Shown here piece after piece: positions 43,017 through 57,654 of a DNA stretch of 64,000 nt; the first letter of the stretch is position 1, and each line of letters starts with the position of its first letter. The position numbers and the translations under genes are program-made. Source of the stretch: the human T2T-CHM13v2.0 reference genome, Homo sapiens. The notes beneath the pieces are model-generated. The model made no database searches and was not told where the DNA came from. It saw only the letters and a program-made list of their open reading frames with translations. Where the stretch lies: NCBI RefSeq assembly GCF_009914755.1, contig NC_060932.1. One strand, 5' to 3'.

Positions 43017-43320
43017 TTTATTTATTTATTTATTTTTGAGATGGAGTCTCGCTCTGTTATCCAGGCTGCAGTGCAGTGGCGCGATCTCGGCTCACTGCAA
43101 CCTCCGACTCCCGGGTTAAAGCGATTCTTTTCTGCCTCAGCCTCTTGAGTAGTTGGGACTACAGGTGTACGCCACCATGCCCGGATAATTTTTCTGTATT
43201 TTTAGTAGAGAAGGGGTTTCACCATATTGGCCAGGCTGGTCTCAAACTCCTGGCCTTGTGATCTGCCCACCTCATCCTCCCAAAGTGCTGGGATTACAGA
43301 CATGAGTCACCATGCCCAGC
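43017..43320 (-). mobile_element. Alu SINE (AluS-type)
   Basis: Full body; TSD tggtaaa..tc. Confidence 0.97.
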
Positions 43321-44292
43321 TGGTAAACATCTAATAATATTATTAAGCAAAGACTTCAATAAAACTGATTTGCTTAAAAGTCTAAGTTTATACTGGAATG
43401 AGGACAAATAATGATAGACTTCTCAGCATGGTAAGCACTTCACAAAGCTTAATAAAGTGACACTTTATAACATATATACCTTCACACCTCTGTGACGTGT
43501 TCCTAACATAAATTTAAATAAATGTTATCATTTACCTTATTTTTCTTTCAGCCCCAAATCAGTTAGTATAGAAGAAAAGCCTGCCCTGCAATTATTCCTC
43601 ATATTCTACTTTTCCTTCTCCTCCTCATGGTATAAGGGTTTTGTAGTAAAGCCGTGCATTAACGCCGATATGTGTAATAAACACATCTTTCATGCTAAGC
43701 ATTGTACTAGCAATGCGAAGAGGAAAACTCTAAAATCTCCATGGAAGTGTAGGGAAAATATGTACAAACATTTTTACACCATAATACATAAAGTGTAATA
43801 CTCAAGACTGTTTATGGTTATGGTTTTTTTTATTATTTTATATCCCTGATAATCTGATTTAAATATATCCCTTATCTATAGCCATGCCACTCTGACCATG
43901 CCTGATCTCCTCTGAAACACACAACTTCTTTGCAATCAGGGTTACACATATAAAGACAGGAAATTTTTTATAAGAAATCTTGTAAACATAGTTATCCAGG
44001 GAAACAGAATAAAATCTTGATATTTTCTTTTTCAGGTCATGCAAACAAACATTTTTAAACTTCGGTTTTCTTATCCATAAAAGAAGAGAAATAATACTTC
44101 AGTATACATTTTTTTAAACATTTAAATGAGATTAGCTGTTAATAAAGATTAATTGCTATTATTATAAGATTATCAACTCAACATCAATATTGCTGGTATA
44201 AGAATATCAAATTTTCTTTTATGATTTAATGACATTGAAACTCATGTGTATGTTTGACTACTTAAAATTAAAGTTGAAGGAAAGTCACTGTC

Positions 44293-44676
44293 CTTACACG
44301 ATGAATTGTGTCTCCCCAGAGTTCGTATGCTGATATATTAAATGCCATTGCCACAAAATGTGACTGTATTTGAGGATAAAGCCTTTAGGTTGGTGATTAA
44401 GCTATAAAGACATCTTTAAGGTGGGTCCTCATCCATGACGATTTTTATTCTTATATGAAGAAATCGGGACACAGAAAGGCACAAAGGGATGACCTTTGAA
44501 GACAGAGGGAGAAGACAGGTGTCTACAAGCCAAAGAGAAAGACCTGAGGAGATACCAAACCTGCTATCACTTTGATCTCCGCCTTCCAGCCTCCAGAACT
44601 GTGAGAAGATAACTCTTGTTGTTTAAGCCACCTAGTCTGTGGCACATTGTTATGGCAGCCCTAAGGAATGCATACA
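44293..44676 (+). mobile_element. MaLR solo LTR (MLT1B-like)
   Basis: gaattgtgtctcccc...aatgtgactgtatttg...cttccagcctccagaactgtgag...gtttaagccacctagtctgtgg...ataca. Confidence 0.88.
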
Positions 44677-44709
44677 ACTTCCAACAAACACACCTACACA
44701 CGTGCTACC

Positions 44710-45095
44710 TGATTCTCTGATTCTACCTTTAAAATATATCTAGAATCATTCAAATTTTCCATCCCTACCGCCTTTAATTTCTGTGAACCACACCACTTAC
44801 CTCTTACTACAAGAGTCTCCTCCTGACATTCATGTCTCCAATATACCCCTTCTGAGCCATTCTCAACACGGCATCATGAGTGATTTATTTTAACACAAAT
44901 TTTGTCCTTGGCCTTGGCTGTTGAAAATCGTTTGATAGCTTCCAATTGCTCCTAGAATAAAGTTACACAAATTGCTCGGAAGGCTTTCAATTATCTAGTT
45001 TTTGCTAAACTCTTCATCTCATTCCTCAACCAACACATCTGTTGTATACTAGGCAGGCTCAGCTTAGTGTCTGGGTTCTCTTCTGCCTCTAGAAT
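44710..45095 (+). mobile_element. L2 fragment
   Basis: attctacctttaaaatatatctagaatc...gcttccaattgctcctagaataaa. Confidence 0.6.
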
Positions 45096-45363
45096 TTTTA
45101 TTGATTATTTTGTGAGAGGATAGACCCCTTTCTTAAACTCTTAGCACAGTGAGTTCACATAGAATGAAAAAAAATTCTTCCGTAATAAACAATTGCATAA
45201 ATGTTCTTGACGCACACAAAATATTGTCATATTCTGGTACAATCACTATAAAATTTTCATTAGACAGGCTTCCATTTATCACTTCAGGACCAACAATGTT
45301 GAGAATTAAGCTGTCCCATGGGAATGTATTTATTCATGTCTAATGCCTTCCTTAACAACCATT

Positions 45364-45531
45364 AGAAGGAGGGAAGGAAGACAGAAGAAAGGAAGAAAGG
45401 AGGGAGGAGCGAAGGAAGGGGAAAGAAGGAAGGAAGGGAAAGGAGGGAAGGAAGGGGAAAGTGGGAAAGAGGGGGAAGGAAGGGGAAAGGGGGAAAGAGG
45501 GGGAAGGAAGGGGAAGGAGGGAAGGACGGAA
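45364..45531 (+). repeat. Polypurine (GGAA/GGGAA)-rich low-complexity tract
   Basis: About 165 bp, almost entirely A/G. Confidence 0.93.
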
Positions 45532-47960
45532 ATTATCAGAAGCAAAATGAATATAACTTACACACTAAATATCCCCACATATAAAACCAAAGCTTTAGGA
45601 AAGCCTGAGAAAAAACAGTTATGTTTCAGATTGGAAACAAATATTAAATAAGAAGAAATGAGTTTTGATTCTTAAAATATCAAGAGGAAAATTTAGTTTG
45701 CACTGTTAATAGTTCAAAGATGTTTGGGATAATATATGAAGAAGAAACCAAAATATTTGGATATTTTGCTTATTAGTCAGGATATTATTATTGTAATAAT
45801 ATAATTCAGTCACCAATTTATCATTTAAAGAATTGCTGTGTAAACTAGAAAGAGAAACTGATTAATGATAGGAATAAAAATCTAGTTAATATCCATTTTT
45901 AAACAATGGGATAGATGTAACTACAAATTGGCATTTTTTTAAATCTAATAAGAAAAATGTTCTGATAAATTGCAATGATTTGGGATGTTTTATTTAGCAT
46001 ATGTTAGTTTTCCCTGGATTGGGCTTTCTAAACTATTGGTGTGAAGTCAAATACTGTGGAAGTCCTAGTCATTTTCATCACAAATTGAATTCAATTTCAA
46101 AAAATATTATGGGTAAAAACCAAAGAAGAATTTTAAATGGCACTTAGCAAGAGAAAAAAAATGAACTGACTCAGCAAAAGGACTTCCTTTGAAGGAAACT
46201 TTCCAAAGGACCTCTCAAAAAGAACTGCTATAACTATACTGTTTTCTTAGAAAAGATACGATATACACAAAAGAACAACTATGTGAACACAAAAATTGAT
46301 CACATATATAGAAATGAACTATTGAACCAGACTTGACAGATTGTAACTTGAACACAGTCAGGAACACACAGGGACCATCTTTTTTTAGCTTCCAGATTTT
46401 ATCACTATCTTGATCTGTTAGTGATAATAAAATATTCATCGCTGAGCACAAATGAAGCTGCCTGCCTGCAACTTGACTGGAGGGTCCCTTGAAATAAATA
46501 ACATAAAACTGGTTCTCAGCAAGCATCCCTTTTGAAAAATGCCTCTGTGTGTTAGCAAACCAAAGAACTGGATGCTATTATATTACTGTCCACTACAGCA
46601 ATAGCAAACATGCTCTTCAATGACTCTCAGCAAAAGATCCAAAATGCCTCTAATTTACAGTATTGCAGAAGATGCCAATTCCAGCCAGCAAGAGAGGTTG
46701 AATATATTTCCATAAAAATAGTGAGACAGCATTTTCCTTTTTTCCTTTTATTGTCTCACAAGTGTGCTGTGAGTCTTCAGAGACTACATAACATCTTATG
46801 TAGCCATCAAGCCAACGGCTCTTGAAAGGTGTGCATGTGAATTATTTGACTTTTATAATGATTAGTTTGTTGGACTCAATAATTTGTAAGATTGTGAAGG
46901 GATCCTGACATCCAAATGTTTGACAAACTCTAGGTTTGCTTTGTGATTATTTATGAATTTCAGAGAACAGAAACTTAACAAAGAAAACAGTCACAGCCAC
47001 TCTTTCTCCCAAGTACTAGATTAAAATAACATCAAAACCAATATTCAGCCTATATCAATGAAACAAATAAATGTGGGCACAGTGAGAAACCAAGCAGCTG
47101 TGTATTTTTACAACATGATCACAGTTGGTTGGCTTTTCGGGCTCTAACTTCCTTTGCTACTTCCCTTAGTTGTCTGCTTATTTTGGGAGAATTTTCAAAA
47201 TGTGGAACAGAGAATAAGCCATTCATAACAGATGCTGTAAATAGGTTATCCATTTCCTCCTACCTAATAGCATTAGCCTCATCTTGCCTGGAAACAGTTG
47301 CCTTTAATTAATTCTCCATGATGCCTCTTTTCTGGTAGCTATGAGAAATTGATAAAGAAACATGGTCTAATTTTAATCAAAATAGGACGTGTCAGTGGCA
47401 CTCAGGCTAACCTTGCAGGCTAACTCAGACATGTTGAATAGAGAATGCAAACTTCTTACGCTAAATAGATTAATGAAGAACAGAAAACAAAAGTTATCGC
47501 TTGTGTTTAATAATGAAATTAAATATATTGTCAAAATAGAGAGTATTTTAAAAGGTAATTTTCACTACAGAATATAACATTGTTTTTCCTTTTAAAAATA
47601 TTATGGTAGTGTTTAATATTCCATTTGTATTATGTTTTCTTTGATGGTTACAAGATTTGATGTTAATGGAACTGGTTGGTTTGTAAGATACAAAAAAGAC
47701 AACTGTTAATTGATCACATTTTTATAAGCAGTTTCAATATAAATTCATACTGAAAGTAACTTCTTATATAGCTGTAAGACAAGAGATCACATCGATAAAG
47801 ATACTGTATTTCACGATGTTGTATTTTATATAAAATTACACTTTCCTAAATTTCTCAAGGAAAATCTAAGCCTTATAATCCAAATTAATTTTCCCCTTAC
47901 ATTATGTCAGAAACTCAGTTAGTGTTATTTTACCTTTTGGATGCCTTACATTTTTTTTTT

Positions 47961-48260
<300 letters not shown>

Positions 48261-49444
48261 CAGCCTTACATTTTTTTTTTTTTTTTTTTTCAGGTCTCTA
48301 ACTGATGGGTTTTCCTTTTCTCCTGGCTATGCCATAAACTAAATGGCAAGATGCAGGTTTCAGAATCATACACTTCAGAGTTGAGATTTACACATTTGAG
48401 TTGTGGCAAAGCTGGGGCAAGGAGTCAGTGTTCTGATACCTGCTCTGGCACTTTGCCTCCTTACGTCCAGTTCTGAGCTCTCAGCCTCAAAAACACCTTC
48501 TATCAAAAAAACACAGAACGCAGGAGGAAATGCCTACAAGTGCCTTCATTCCATCCACTAAAAATGTACAAAATCTCAAGAGACATATTTTGAGGAAAGT
48601 GATGGCTATTTTATCTAAGAAAGAATCCCCTGGATCAGATCCTAGATTCTTAGAAATTCAAGAAAGCAAAACAAAAAAAATTAAACAAAGGAAAAAACAT
48701 CTCTTAAGGTTGACTTTTCAAAGTATTATTTCTATTTTTCAAAGTTAAATTGTAATGAATTCAATATTTCTTCATTTTTTAAGTGCCAATTTAACTAGAG
48801 GAAAAATACTAAACCAACTAGTTATCTTTAATTATCAGAATACACTATGAACAGTGGCTTTCATTTAATGGTATTTTTTTGCCCCTGAGGCAAATTCTAT
48901 AGAGAATAAAGTTAATATATTGTGAATTATTTAATAGGAAGGTTAATTTATATTTAATAGAAATAATTTAATCCAGTCCTGCAAGCTTCTATTTATTTGG
49001 AATATTAACAAACATTGTCGAACACTCGCCATGCATCTTTCCTGAGCTGTGGGTTGACTGTACGGCCACATGCAGAAAGGACATATGCTGCATGTTTCAG
49101 CACCTGAGACAGACTTGGGGCCACCAAAAACAGAGCAACAACGTCTTTTACCGACCACAACACAGCTACACATGAAGACCCCTGTGATTCTAATCCTGGA
49201 CCCATTTCCTACTGGTTTTATCACATGAAACCCTTTACTTAAACTGTTTCAGTTTCAGTATCTTCCTGGAAAATAAGAGTGTCCTAGTGGTGCTTTAAAG
49301 GCGAATTTAGCTTCATTATGCACCAGTGTAAAGTGTTGCATAATTGGCACCCTGTGTCTTACAGCTGTCGTTATACTTATACGAAAATTTATTACAAACG
49401 TAATGAAAATTTTTTGACCAGGTAGAGGGTATCACAGTGGTGTT

Positions 49445-50030
49445 TGAGCTGCTTTTAAGTGAACATTGCTGTGCTAAGCACTGGAGGTAAAGAACGAAGG
49501 AAGACTCTATGCCTGCCCTGGAGGCGTGGACAGTCCAGTGAGGAAGGTGGCGTGGATGAATGGTCTGCATTCAGTGTTGTGGATCTCAGGGGAGTGGCAC
49601 TCATCCTGCACGACGATCTGCATATAGCTCCCTGAGCTGCCTATGGAACTGAGTGGGCATCAAGGGGACAAGGAGCAGAGGAAGGGCATTTGGAATAGTG
49701 GGACCAGCAGATGCAAGGGCAAAGGGATGCCAAACAGTGCCATTTGCAAATGTTAGAATGATGATTTTGGTGGGAAGCCCCGAGTGATGCTTGAGTAGAT
49801 GAGTACAAAGAACCCAGCAGGGCACAATCACTTAGATGTTTGCACACTGAGCTCAGTGTTCTACAGGCTTACTGGACATTCCACAGAGGGCCTTGGAGCA
49901 GAAGAACAAAGTGATCAGATGGAAATTTTAGATCAGCATGTTCATCAGAAGCAAGGGTGGAAGGGAGGACACCTCATCTTCAGAGGATGGATAAAAGGAA
50001 GTGTGGATGGCAGCAAGGGCAGGTGAAACT
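49445..50030 (-). mobile_element. L2 fragment
   Basis: gtgctaagcactggag...cctgccctggagg..cagtccagtg...cagcagatgcaagggc...gtgatcagat. Confidence 0.65.
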
Positions 50031-50135
50031 ATGTTTATGTGGGCAGGGGTTGCAGGTAGGAGGTAAATAGTTCTCCCTGACCTCAATTTGCCTGGAAGGA
50101 TAGAAGACACATTTGATTATTAAAAATAAGACAAT

Positions 50136-50750
50136 AGCCAGGTACAGTTACTCATGCCTATAGTCCTAACACTTTTGGAGGTGAAGGCGGGAGGATTCCT
50201 TGAGCCCAGGGGTTTGCGACCAGCCTGAGCAACATAGCAAAAACCCGTATCTAAAACCACAAAACAAATAAACAAAAATTCATCTGGATATGAAGGCTCA
50301 GCCTGTCATCTAGCACTTTGGGAAGCTAAGGCGGGTGGATCACTTGAGGTCAGGAGTTTGAGACCAGCCTGACAAACATGGTGAAATCCCATCTCTACTA
50401 AAACAATACAAAATTAGCTGGGAATGGTGGCACATGCCTGTAATCCCAGCTACTTCGGAGCCTGAAGCAGGAGAATTGCTTGAACCCGGGAAGTGGAGGT
50501 TGCCGTGAGCCAAGATCAAACATTTGCACTCCAGTATAAGCAACAAAATCCATCTCAAAAACAAACAAACAAACAAACAAAAATTAGCTGAGTGTGGTGG
50601 TGTGCACCTGTAGTCTCAGCTACTAGGGAGGCTAAGGTGGGAAGACTGCTTGAACCCAAGAGGTCAAGGCTGCAGTGAGCCATGATTGCGCCACTGCACT
50701 CCAGGCTGGGCAACAGAGCAAGACCCTGTCTCAATTAAAAATAATAATAA
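50136..50750 (+). mobile_element. AluJ split at its A-rich linker (left arm about 50136-50280, right arm about 50581-50750)
   Basis: J diagnostics ttgagcccagg and gaggtcaaggctgcagtgagccatgat. Confidence 0.92.
50283..50580 (+). mobile_element. AluS nested in AluJ, (CAAA)n tail
   Basis: gatcacttgaggtcaggagttt...; flanked by the duplicated aaacaaaaatt. Confidence 0.93.
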
Positions 50751-53699
50751 TAGAGTAGAAAACCCATGGATGGTGTTCTGGACAATCTGTAAGTCTTCCC
50801 CACTCTAAGTATCTTCATCTCCTCCCCTCCAGCTTTGCTCTCCCCTAGGGTGGTTTTGATTTTCTAAGCGTGTAAATGGGCTCAGCACCCTCACTCCAGG
50901 TTTCAAATCAAATCTCTGCCCAAGAGGGCATTTGGGAGATTGCTGATCGCCAATGCACAGGCTCAGTAGGGCCGACTTACTGCTAACAAAAACTTCAACA
51001 CCAACAACAAAAAGTCCTCGTATCTCAATAAATGGGAAGAAAACATAAAAGATTTAGGCAGACAGAAAGACAGGTAATATTCCTTACAAACATTGCCATT
51101 TCATCTATTTAGTTCTAACAAATTATAAAATATCCCCCAAATCTACAAACTTCCCATTTTCAGATCTCATAGGTCTCACTTACCTATGTTTCCTCCAAGA
51201 GAGCTCCAATAAGTAACAGAACGTGTCTCTCACAGTTTCAAAAAATTATTCCCAGCCTTGTGATCTATCAGAAAGACTGGAAACCTTCACATTTACAAGA
51301 TACTGAAGAATAAGCTTGATGCTGAAATTCCAGCGACCTTCAGGTAGTGAAAAATCCGTAATTCCCAAGATGGAAATTAAGGGGAAATGAAGCTACTACT
51401 GTTCAGAGAAGTATGCTCATGAAGCTTGTACGCTCCAAGAATACCAAGAAGCTAAAGAAAGATTTGGCTAAACAAAGGAAACACAGTGATACCTATCATT
51501 TAGATAGCATTTCACGGTTTAACACTGCTTTTGTATACAATATGCCATTTGGTCTTCACAATAATCCTGAGAGTTATTCGCTACATTTTCACACATGTAC
51601 AAACAAAGGGGTTAAGAAGCTCTTACAAACCTGTACAGAACGAGTAACTGTACTAAGAAATGGAGTTGTAACGATTCCTCCACTATATTTTCACCCTAAT
51701 TCACAAGTTTTTTAAATCTCCAGATCTCTAAACTTCTCCAGAAATTGCTTAAATTTTGGAGAGCAGGCAATTCTGATCTAATAATCTTGCAACTAAAAAC
51801 GGATACAGTGATTCATCCCATGCCATCGACAATACACAGAAGTGAAACATATTGTGAACTCTATTTTACAATGACTAACTGAACATATAATTCATCATTT
51901 ATCGTGACTAACAGTACCATTTAGATATTGAGAGTACCAATCCTACAAGGAGGAAAGAAAACATGAGAACTTCTTAGAGTGTGATATTTGCTATGCTATC
52001 CAAAATAACATCATGGTGTTAATTTGTTTATAAATTATGACATTAAATTTCTCTCAACTTATATATTCAATGATGTTCCAAAACTTCTATATTCAAAGAT
52101 GTTTTAAATGTTTGAATATATAAGTTGAAAAAAAAATAACTCCATACTGGAACATTCCCTAATGTTTGAAGCAACATTTGTTAGCAGATATCCACATATG
52201 TAAAACATATGTTAAAAATGATACTGGTGAATACCATCATGACTCAAGATAATCACCAGATTAAAACATTTTTTATATTTAGCCAAATTATAGTGATACT
52301 TAATTTACTAATACAACAGGGTTTTCCTTCTACTCTTGGTATAAGGTAATGTTTCATGCTCCCAAAGATTTGCTATCTTTATCCACCTCATTAGCCTACT
52401 CTACGAGGTTATGATATTTGGCTGTAGGCAAATATTAGAGGCCTCAGGGAGAGGACAGTTTTCTTTGGGTCAATATTTCTGCCTGCTACCATAACAGAAC
52501 TAGTTTCCCTCTACTCCTCTGAGAATAATCTACCTTGTTATTTGCTAAATTCACAAGCTCGTGAAAAAGGAGCTGTTCTAGATGAATTCTAAGTTTAGCA
52601 ACGTGTTCAGACACTAAAATGACCATTTTTATTATATGGTAGAAAAACACGTTTTTTTCAATTGCTAGCTTAGCAGCACTGGCTCTGTATTTAATTGCAA
52701 ATGAGAGAGAAAACAGTAACTGATTCTGGCCGTGGCTTCTTTGCAGTTATTGGGTGGCTGAGGTTTAGGGCATTCCTAGAGGCCAGACCTGACACAACGT
52801 GAGATTACATTGAACTTGCCAATCACTTCATTAGTGCAAAACAGGCTTCAACAAAGTCTCGTATTTATTTTTAAAAGCCTAACAGAGGAAAATGATTTCT
52901 TAAATTGTTGTGCTGTTTCTAATATCATCATTTGATAATATGATTAGTAGCTGACAACACAATAGGAGAAATTATTTTTAGGTCATATGTTGAAGTATTT
53001 GCATCATAAACAGAAATACCCAGAAACTATCAGATGCTTAGTTTTCAAACTGATTGAAAAAAAAAAAATGCTCTCCATTTAGGAACTAGTGTCCAATTCC
53101 AACCCAATCACACAAACAAAATGAACACAATGAAGCAAGTTTAGTGACATGATATCTTCATCTATTAACTTGGGAAACTATGGAGGATTGGAATTAGAGG
53201 ATTGGAATTTCTAGAGAAACAAATGCACTAGCAAATGTGAGTGTTCAAAACAGGTAAGTGCTGAGAATGTTTCCCTGTCCACAGAACGGTGTGGTCTAAA
53301 CCCTCTTATAGGGTTAGCACTATCTTTTTCCATTTGTCCTCAAAGAAATTTCTCCTTCAGGCCACAGCTTTGTAGTATTGCTTTTTATTTCCAGTTCTTC
53401 AAATCTGATTCATGGGCTGCTGAAATATAATGACGTCTTATCCCTTTTTTTTTTTTTTTGCTACAGACTAAGTTAATTAGGTGGAACCCAGGCTGAAAGT
53501 TCGGATACCTTTGGTAAATTTGTTTTATTACAGGAGGTGTTTAATATATGGCTCATAGTTAAAGCTGGTTAAACTAAAGAAGAAGTTGATATTAAGTTTA
53601 TATCAAATCTATATTGTATACTTGTAAGGCTTAGATATGACCCACAGTTGTCAACCCCTTTAACTAGTTGTGATGCCCATGGCACTCTGAGGGTACACC

Positions 53700-54347
53700 T
53701 GATACCGGAAGGAGAGCATTGACTGTGAGTTCTCCAGGTTCTTGGCATTTAGAATAATTGGATAAGATGCACAAAGTAACAAAGGAAAGAAACATAGGAA
53801 GGAAGCTGTGAAAGGGGGGATTTATTAAAGCCAGAAAGCACTTCACAGGGTGGGAGGGGGCCCAAGCAAGCTGTTCCAGGGCCTAGTTACACAGTTTTCT
53901 GGGATTTAAGTACTTATTTTGAGGTCCCTCTCAGTTACCCCTTATCTGGATGAAGAATTTGGTCCCTGGCTAATTAAAGGCTGGGGTGAATTGGCCCGTG
54001 TTGCAGATGAAGGGATGGCCAGTGCTTGGCCCATAGCCAATCCAAGGCACTCTCCCTTTCCATCTGAGACACGGTGGAAGGAGGAGGGCTATAGAGAAAG
54101 CAGCCTTTGATCCTTTGTTGTTAGGAAATGGGGAGACGGAAGTTTTTCCTTTCCATTAACTTTAGAAAGTTTGAGTTAATTGGGCTTAGGTTCCCTGCCC
54201 CCAGACCCAGATGTTTCCCTTCTGATACAGCTTTGGGAAGACAGCACGAATTGGCCTTAGACCTCCTGCCCCTAGATCTTGGGCTTCTTCCTTGATTCAG
54301 CACAAACTGGCCGTAAGTTCCCTGCCTCAAGACCTTATTCTGCCTCA
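53700..54347 (-). mobile_element. MER51-family ERV1 solo LTR
   Basis: Reverse strand begins TGAGGCAGAATAAGGTCTTGAGGCAGGGAAC and ends CCAAGAACCTGG...CCGGTATCA; TSD cacc/cact. Confidence 0.88.
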
Positions 54348-55616
54348 CACTCACCCCACTTAAACAGGATACCCCACTTAAACATGTCCTGGCCATATTC
54401 ATTCTACTTCTCTTCTTTCTTCTGTAATTTTCTGATAAGGGTGTGTTTTTAGAACTTAATTTATCTTTTCTGTTTTGCCAGGAAAAATCTGAAGTGAAGA
54501 ATCACATTTCTCTAGTTTCAACTGCTCCATGAGCATATCCCATTCTGCAAATGGATATCCGCTTGAGGGCTCCAGTCTAAATGCTTCACCTCATTACCCC
54601 TTCCCTCCAGAATCTGGTTAGAGTCTCCTAATTGTTATCTGGATTGCTCAGCTACTGTTAAGTCATAAAAGAGGTGAAGACAAGCTTGTTCTTGTTTGTC
54701 TGGAGCTTCTTTTTGTCAGGAGATAATCAGCAGGACCTCTATGTCCCGACTGTGCGGTTTTACATACTCGGCAAAGAGTGGAGATTTCCTCATTGACCTC
54801 TTCCAACTTTCTAGAGACTTCTCAGACATAGGAGAACAGGAATGATGGATTTACCAGGTTGTCAGTAAGAGTTGCATCACCAAAAAGCAACATTCGCAAT
54901 CATTCACAATGCAGGGAACCAGGGGAATTGTGTCCCTGGGAGAAGCTGAAATAGAACTAAAAAATAGGCTTTCAGACTCTATCAGTGAGTGGAGTGAAGC
55001 AGAGACCCCAGAAATCATTTCTAACTTGAAAACAGAAGGGAGGATAGCATTTGTTTCATAAAACGTTCTCTACTTTATATAAATAATAATTATCTTCTAC
55101 TTTTCCGCTTTTAAAATATTTTTAAATGTTTCTAAAATACAAAGATTTAAGGATGTTAAAAATGTAACTTGGTTAAGAATATAATTACATGGCGCAGATA
55201 TAATAGTTTAGACACATGTAATAAAAGGCACGAACCCATTCATTCAATTACTAAAACACTAGTACGTGTTTATATTGAGTACAGATCCTCTTTTCCAAAT
55301 AGGACATCCATGACCTGGACAGGTATAACTGGAACTTGTAGAGTTAGACTTCCAATGCTTTCTTGTTGAGAACTTTATGGTACTCACCATTTTTTGAGGA
55401 AAAAAATGATCCAATATGTCAGAAAGATCTGGAAAAATGTCCCAAACATTATATACTATAGTCTTCTTTGGGCAATTGTGACTTAATCTGGGAAAAGTGA
55501 CTTAATCTACAGGTTACTATATATTTTTTGTATTGAAATATATACGGTAAACTAGACGGCATGTGAGCCCTGTCACCCTCAAACATTGTCATCTTGAATC
55601 CCATTCAGAATTTCTT

Positions 55617-55760
55617 TATTATTACATTGTTATTATTTTTTGTGGAGAGACGGTCTCACCATGTTGCATGGGCTAGTGTCAAAGTCCTCGGCTCAAGCGA
55701 TCCTGCCCACTTGGCCTCTGAAAGTGCTGGGATTACAGCCTCACAACACCACACCTGGCC
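55617..55760 (-). mobile_element. FLAM / Alu left monomer
   Basis: gctcaagcgatcctgcccacttggcctc...; TSD cattc.g.atttctt at 55602 and 55762. Confidence 0.9.
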
Positions 55761-56664
55761 ACATTCCGCATTTCTTAATGAAGAACATATATTTGACTTG
55801 TCCCAAGGAACCAAAGTCAACACTGATTCCCTGCAGGTTCTGCGTCAGCTCGCACCATGAAGAGTTTTTCTGTATGAGGAATGCAAGGGTTGGAATGGCT
55901 TCCAGGAAGCAGAGCCGTTCACACCAGCTTTGAATTTGTTGAGTTTTCAAAATCATGTCTTGCTCAATGCTCATCCCTTGGCACATGATTGGCCCCATTG
56001 TTTGTAAGACTGACCACGCTGTTTCTTGTTACCGCTGTCATTTGTAGACAGGGTGCAAATTTTGTACCCTGCACTAACTAGGTATTCAAAAAAAATCTGT
56101 TGGGGAGTGAACACTTAGCAACATTGCAGACACCTGAGGGAGGCAATTGCATGTATCTGCCTCCCACACACCAACATAATGGCAGTCGGTGAGGAATTCA
56201 GAGCCTACATATGATGGGTGACATATAATCCAGCCTCATACTCCGCTGGCCAAGTCGATTCTCAAAAAAAGGGTGATATCGTTTGGAAACATGAACTTGG
56301 AGAAAACCTCTCCCAGGACCCTCATCCACTCGAGGCAGTAATTCGCGTAGTGCAGTCAGCACAGTGCCATAGCCTCTGCTTGGTGTCTGATACATCCAAA
56401 GCAGGTGGATTCATTCTGATAAGCTTCAGCCCAACATCGACTTGCAGAGCTGGCAATTCGGGGTTGATAATGTGGCACAGCAGACTCCAAAGACGTGTAC
56501 CCAGGATGTGTCTCAGCAGTAAGTGTAGAGTTAACAATGTTGAAAAGGCTGTTTACCCAGTTCCTCAGACGTTGTGATGTGCACAGTGTGTGTTCTCTGG
56601 TTAAAACACCACAACTCCAGGGAAGGAAGCTCCATTATTATCTGTCTAAATGTTTATATGGACA

Positions 56665-56666
<2 letters not shown>

Positions 56667-56699
<33 letters not shown>

Positions 56700-56980
56700 A
56701 GACAGAGTCTCGATCCGTCCCCCAGGCTGGAGCGCAGTGGTGTGATCTGGACTCACTGCAAGCTCCACCTCCCGAGTTCACGCCATTCTCCTGCCTCAGC
56801 CTCCAGAGGAGCTGGGACTACAGGCGCCCGGCACCAGACTCGACTAATTTTTTGTATTTTTAGTAGAGACGAGTTTCACCGTGTTAGGCAGGATAGTCTC
56901 GATCTCCTGACCTCGTGATCCGCCCGCCTCAGCCTCCCAAAGTGCCGGCGTGATTACATGTGTGAGCCACCGCACCGGCC
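56667..56980 (-). mobile_element. AluY-like, full length, long pure tail
   Basis: AluY diagnostics; TSD GACACA. Confidence 0.96.
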
Positions 56981-57039
56981 AGACACACTGAACTTTAAGG
57001 AAGTCAACTCACCTCACCGGCATCAGGCATCTTCATCAG

Positions 57040-57630
57040 GTAAGAGCTCCGCCAGCACTGCCTGTCCATCCACTCAGAGGCCAGGAGAGCCAGAGATCGG
57101 GGGTTTTCTGGGCTTTTCCTTCACCCTCCTGCCCTAACTCCAGCTGTCCTCACTCCAATGACTGTTTAGAACCATCCCCTCCTGTCCAATCTCTTCCTCA
57201 GTTACCCTCACATGATTCTTCTTCTACTCTCCCCCCCTGCCCCCACCACCAGGCAACACTCCCTCACACAACTACTGAAAAAGAAAGCACGCATGATTTG
57301 ACTGCTGCCTACCTCGAATCCTTCAGCGGCTCCTCCTCACCTGCGTAATTCCATACAAAGTTCCCAGCGGGGAAGGGGAAGCCTTCTGTATGCTCACCTG
57401 TCTATTGCGCCCCACCCTTCTTCCCTCAGTCCTCAGTGGCTGTGCTCTCCTCCACACTGCCTTCCCCACATGCTGCCCTGTCTAGAATGGCTTTTCCACC
57501 TACCTTCTGGAAAGTCCCACGCCTCATTTCAATACCCTACATGATTGCCTTTGTGCTCCCACCACAACCTGTTCCTGTCTCCATTAGAGCCCTCCTCCTT
57601 AGGCATTTTAATTAGTCATGTATAAACCTG
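57040..57630 (+). mobile_element. L2 fragment
   Basis: Pyrimidine-rich degenerate L2 motifs (aatccttcagcggctcc; ctgtctagaatggctttt). Confidence 0.5.
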
Positions 57631-57654
57631 TTTCTGGATAATGATAATGACCCT

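Noticed and set aside
53467-53513. Strong acceptor (Tn-gctacag) with a nearby donor, plus CAG|GTAAGT near 53252
   Set aside because: All three frames contain stops, and no consistent exon chain could be built.
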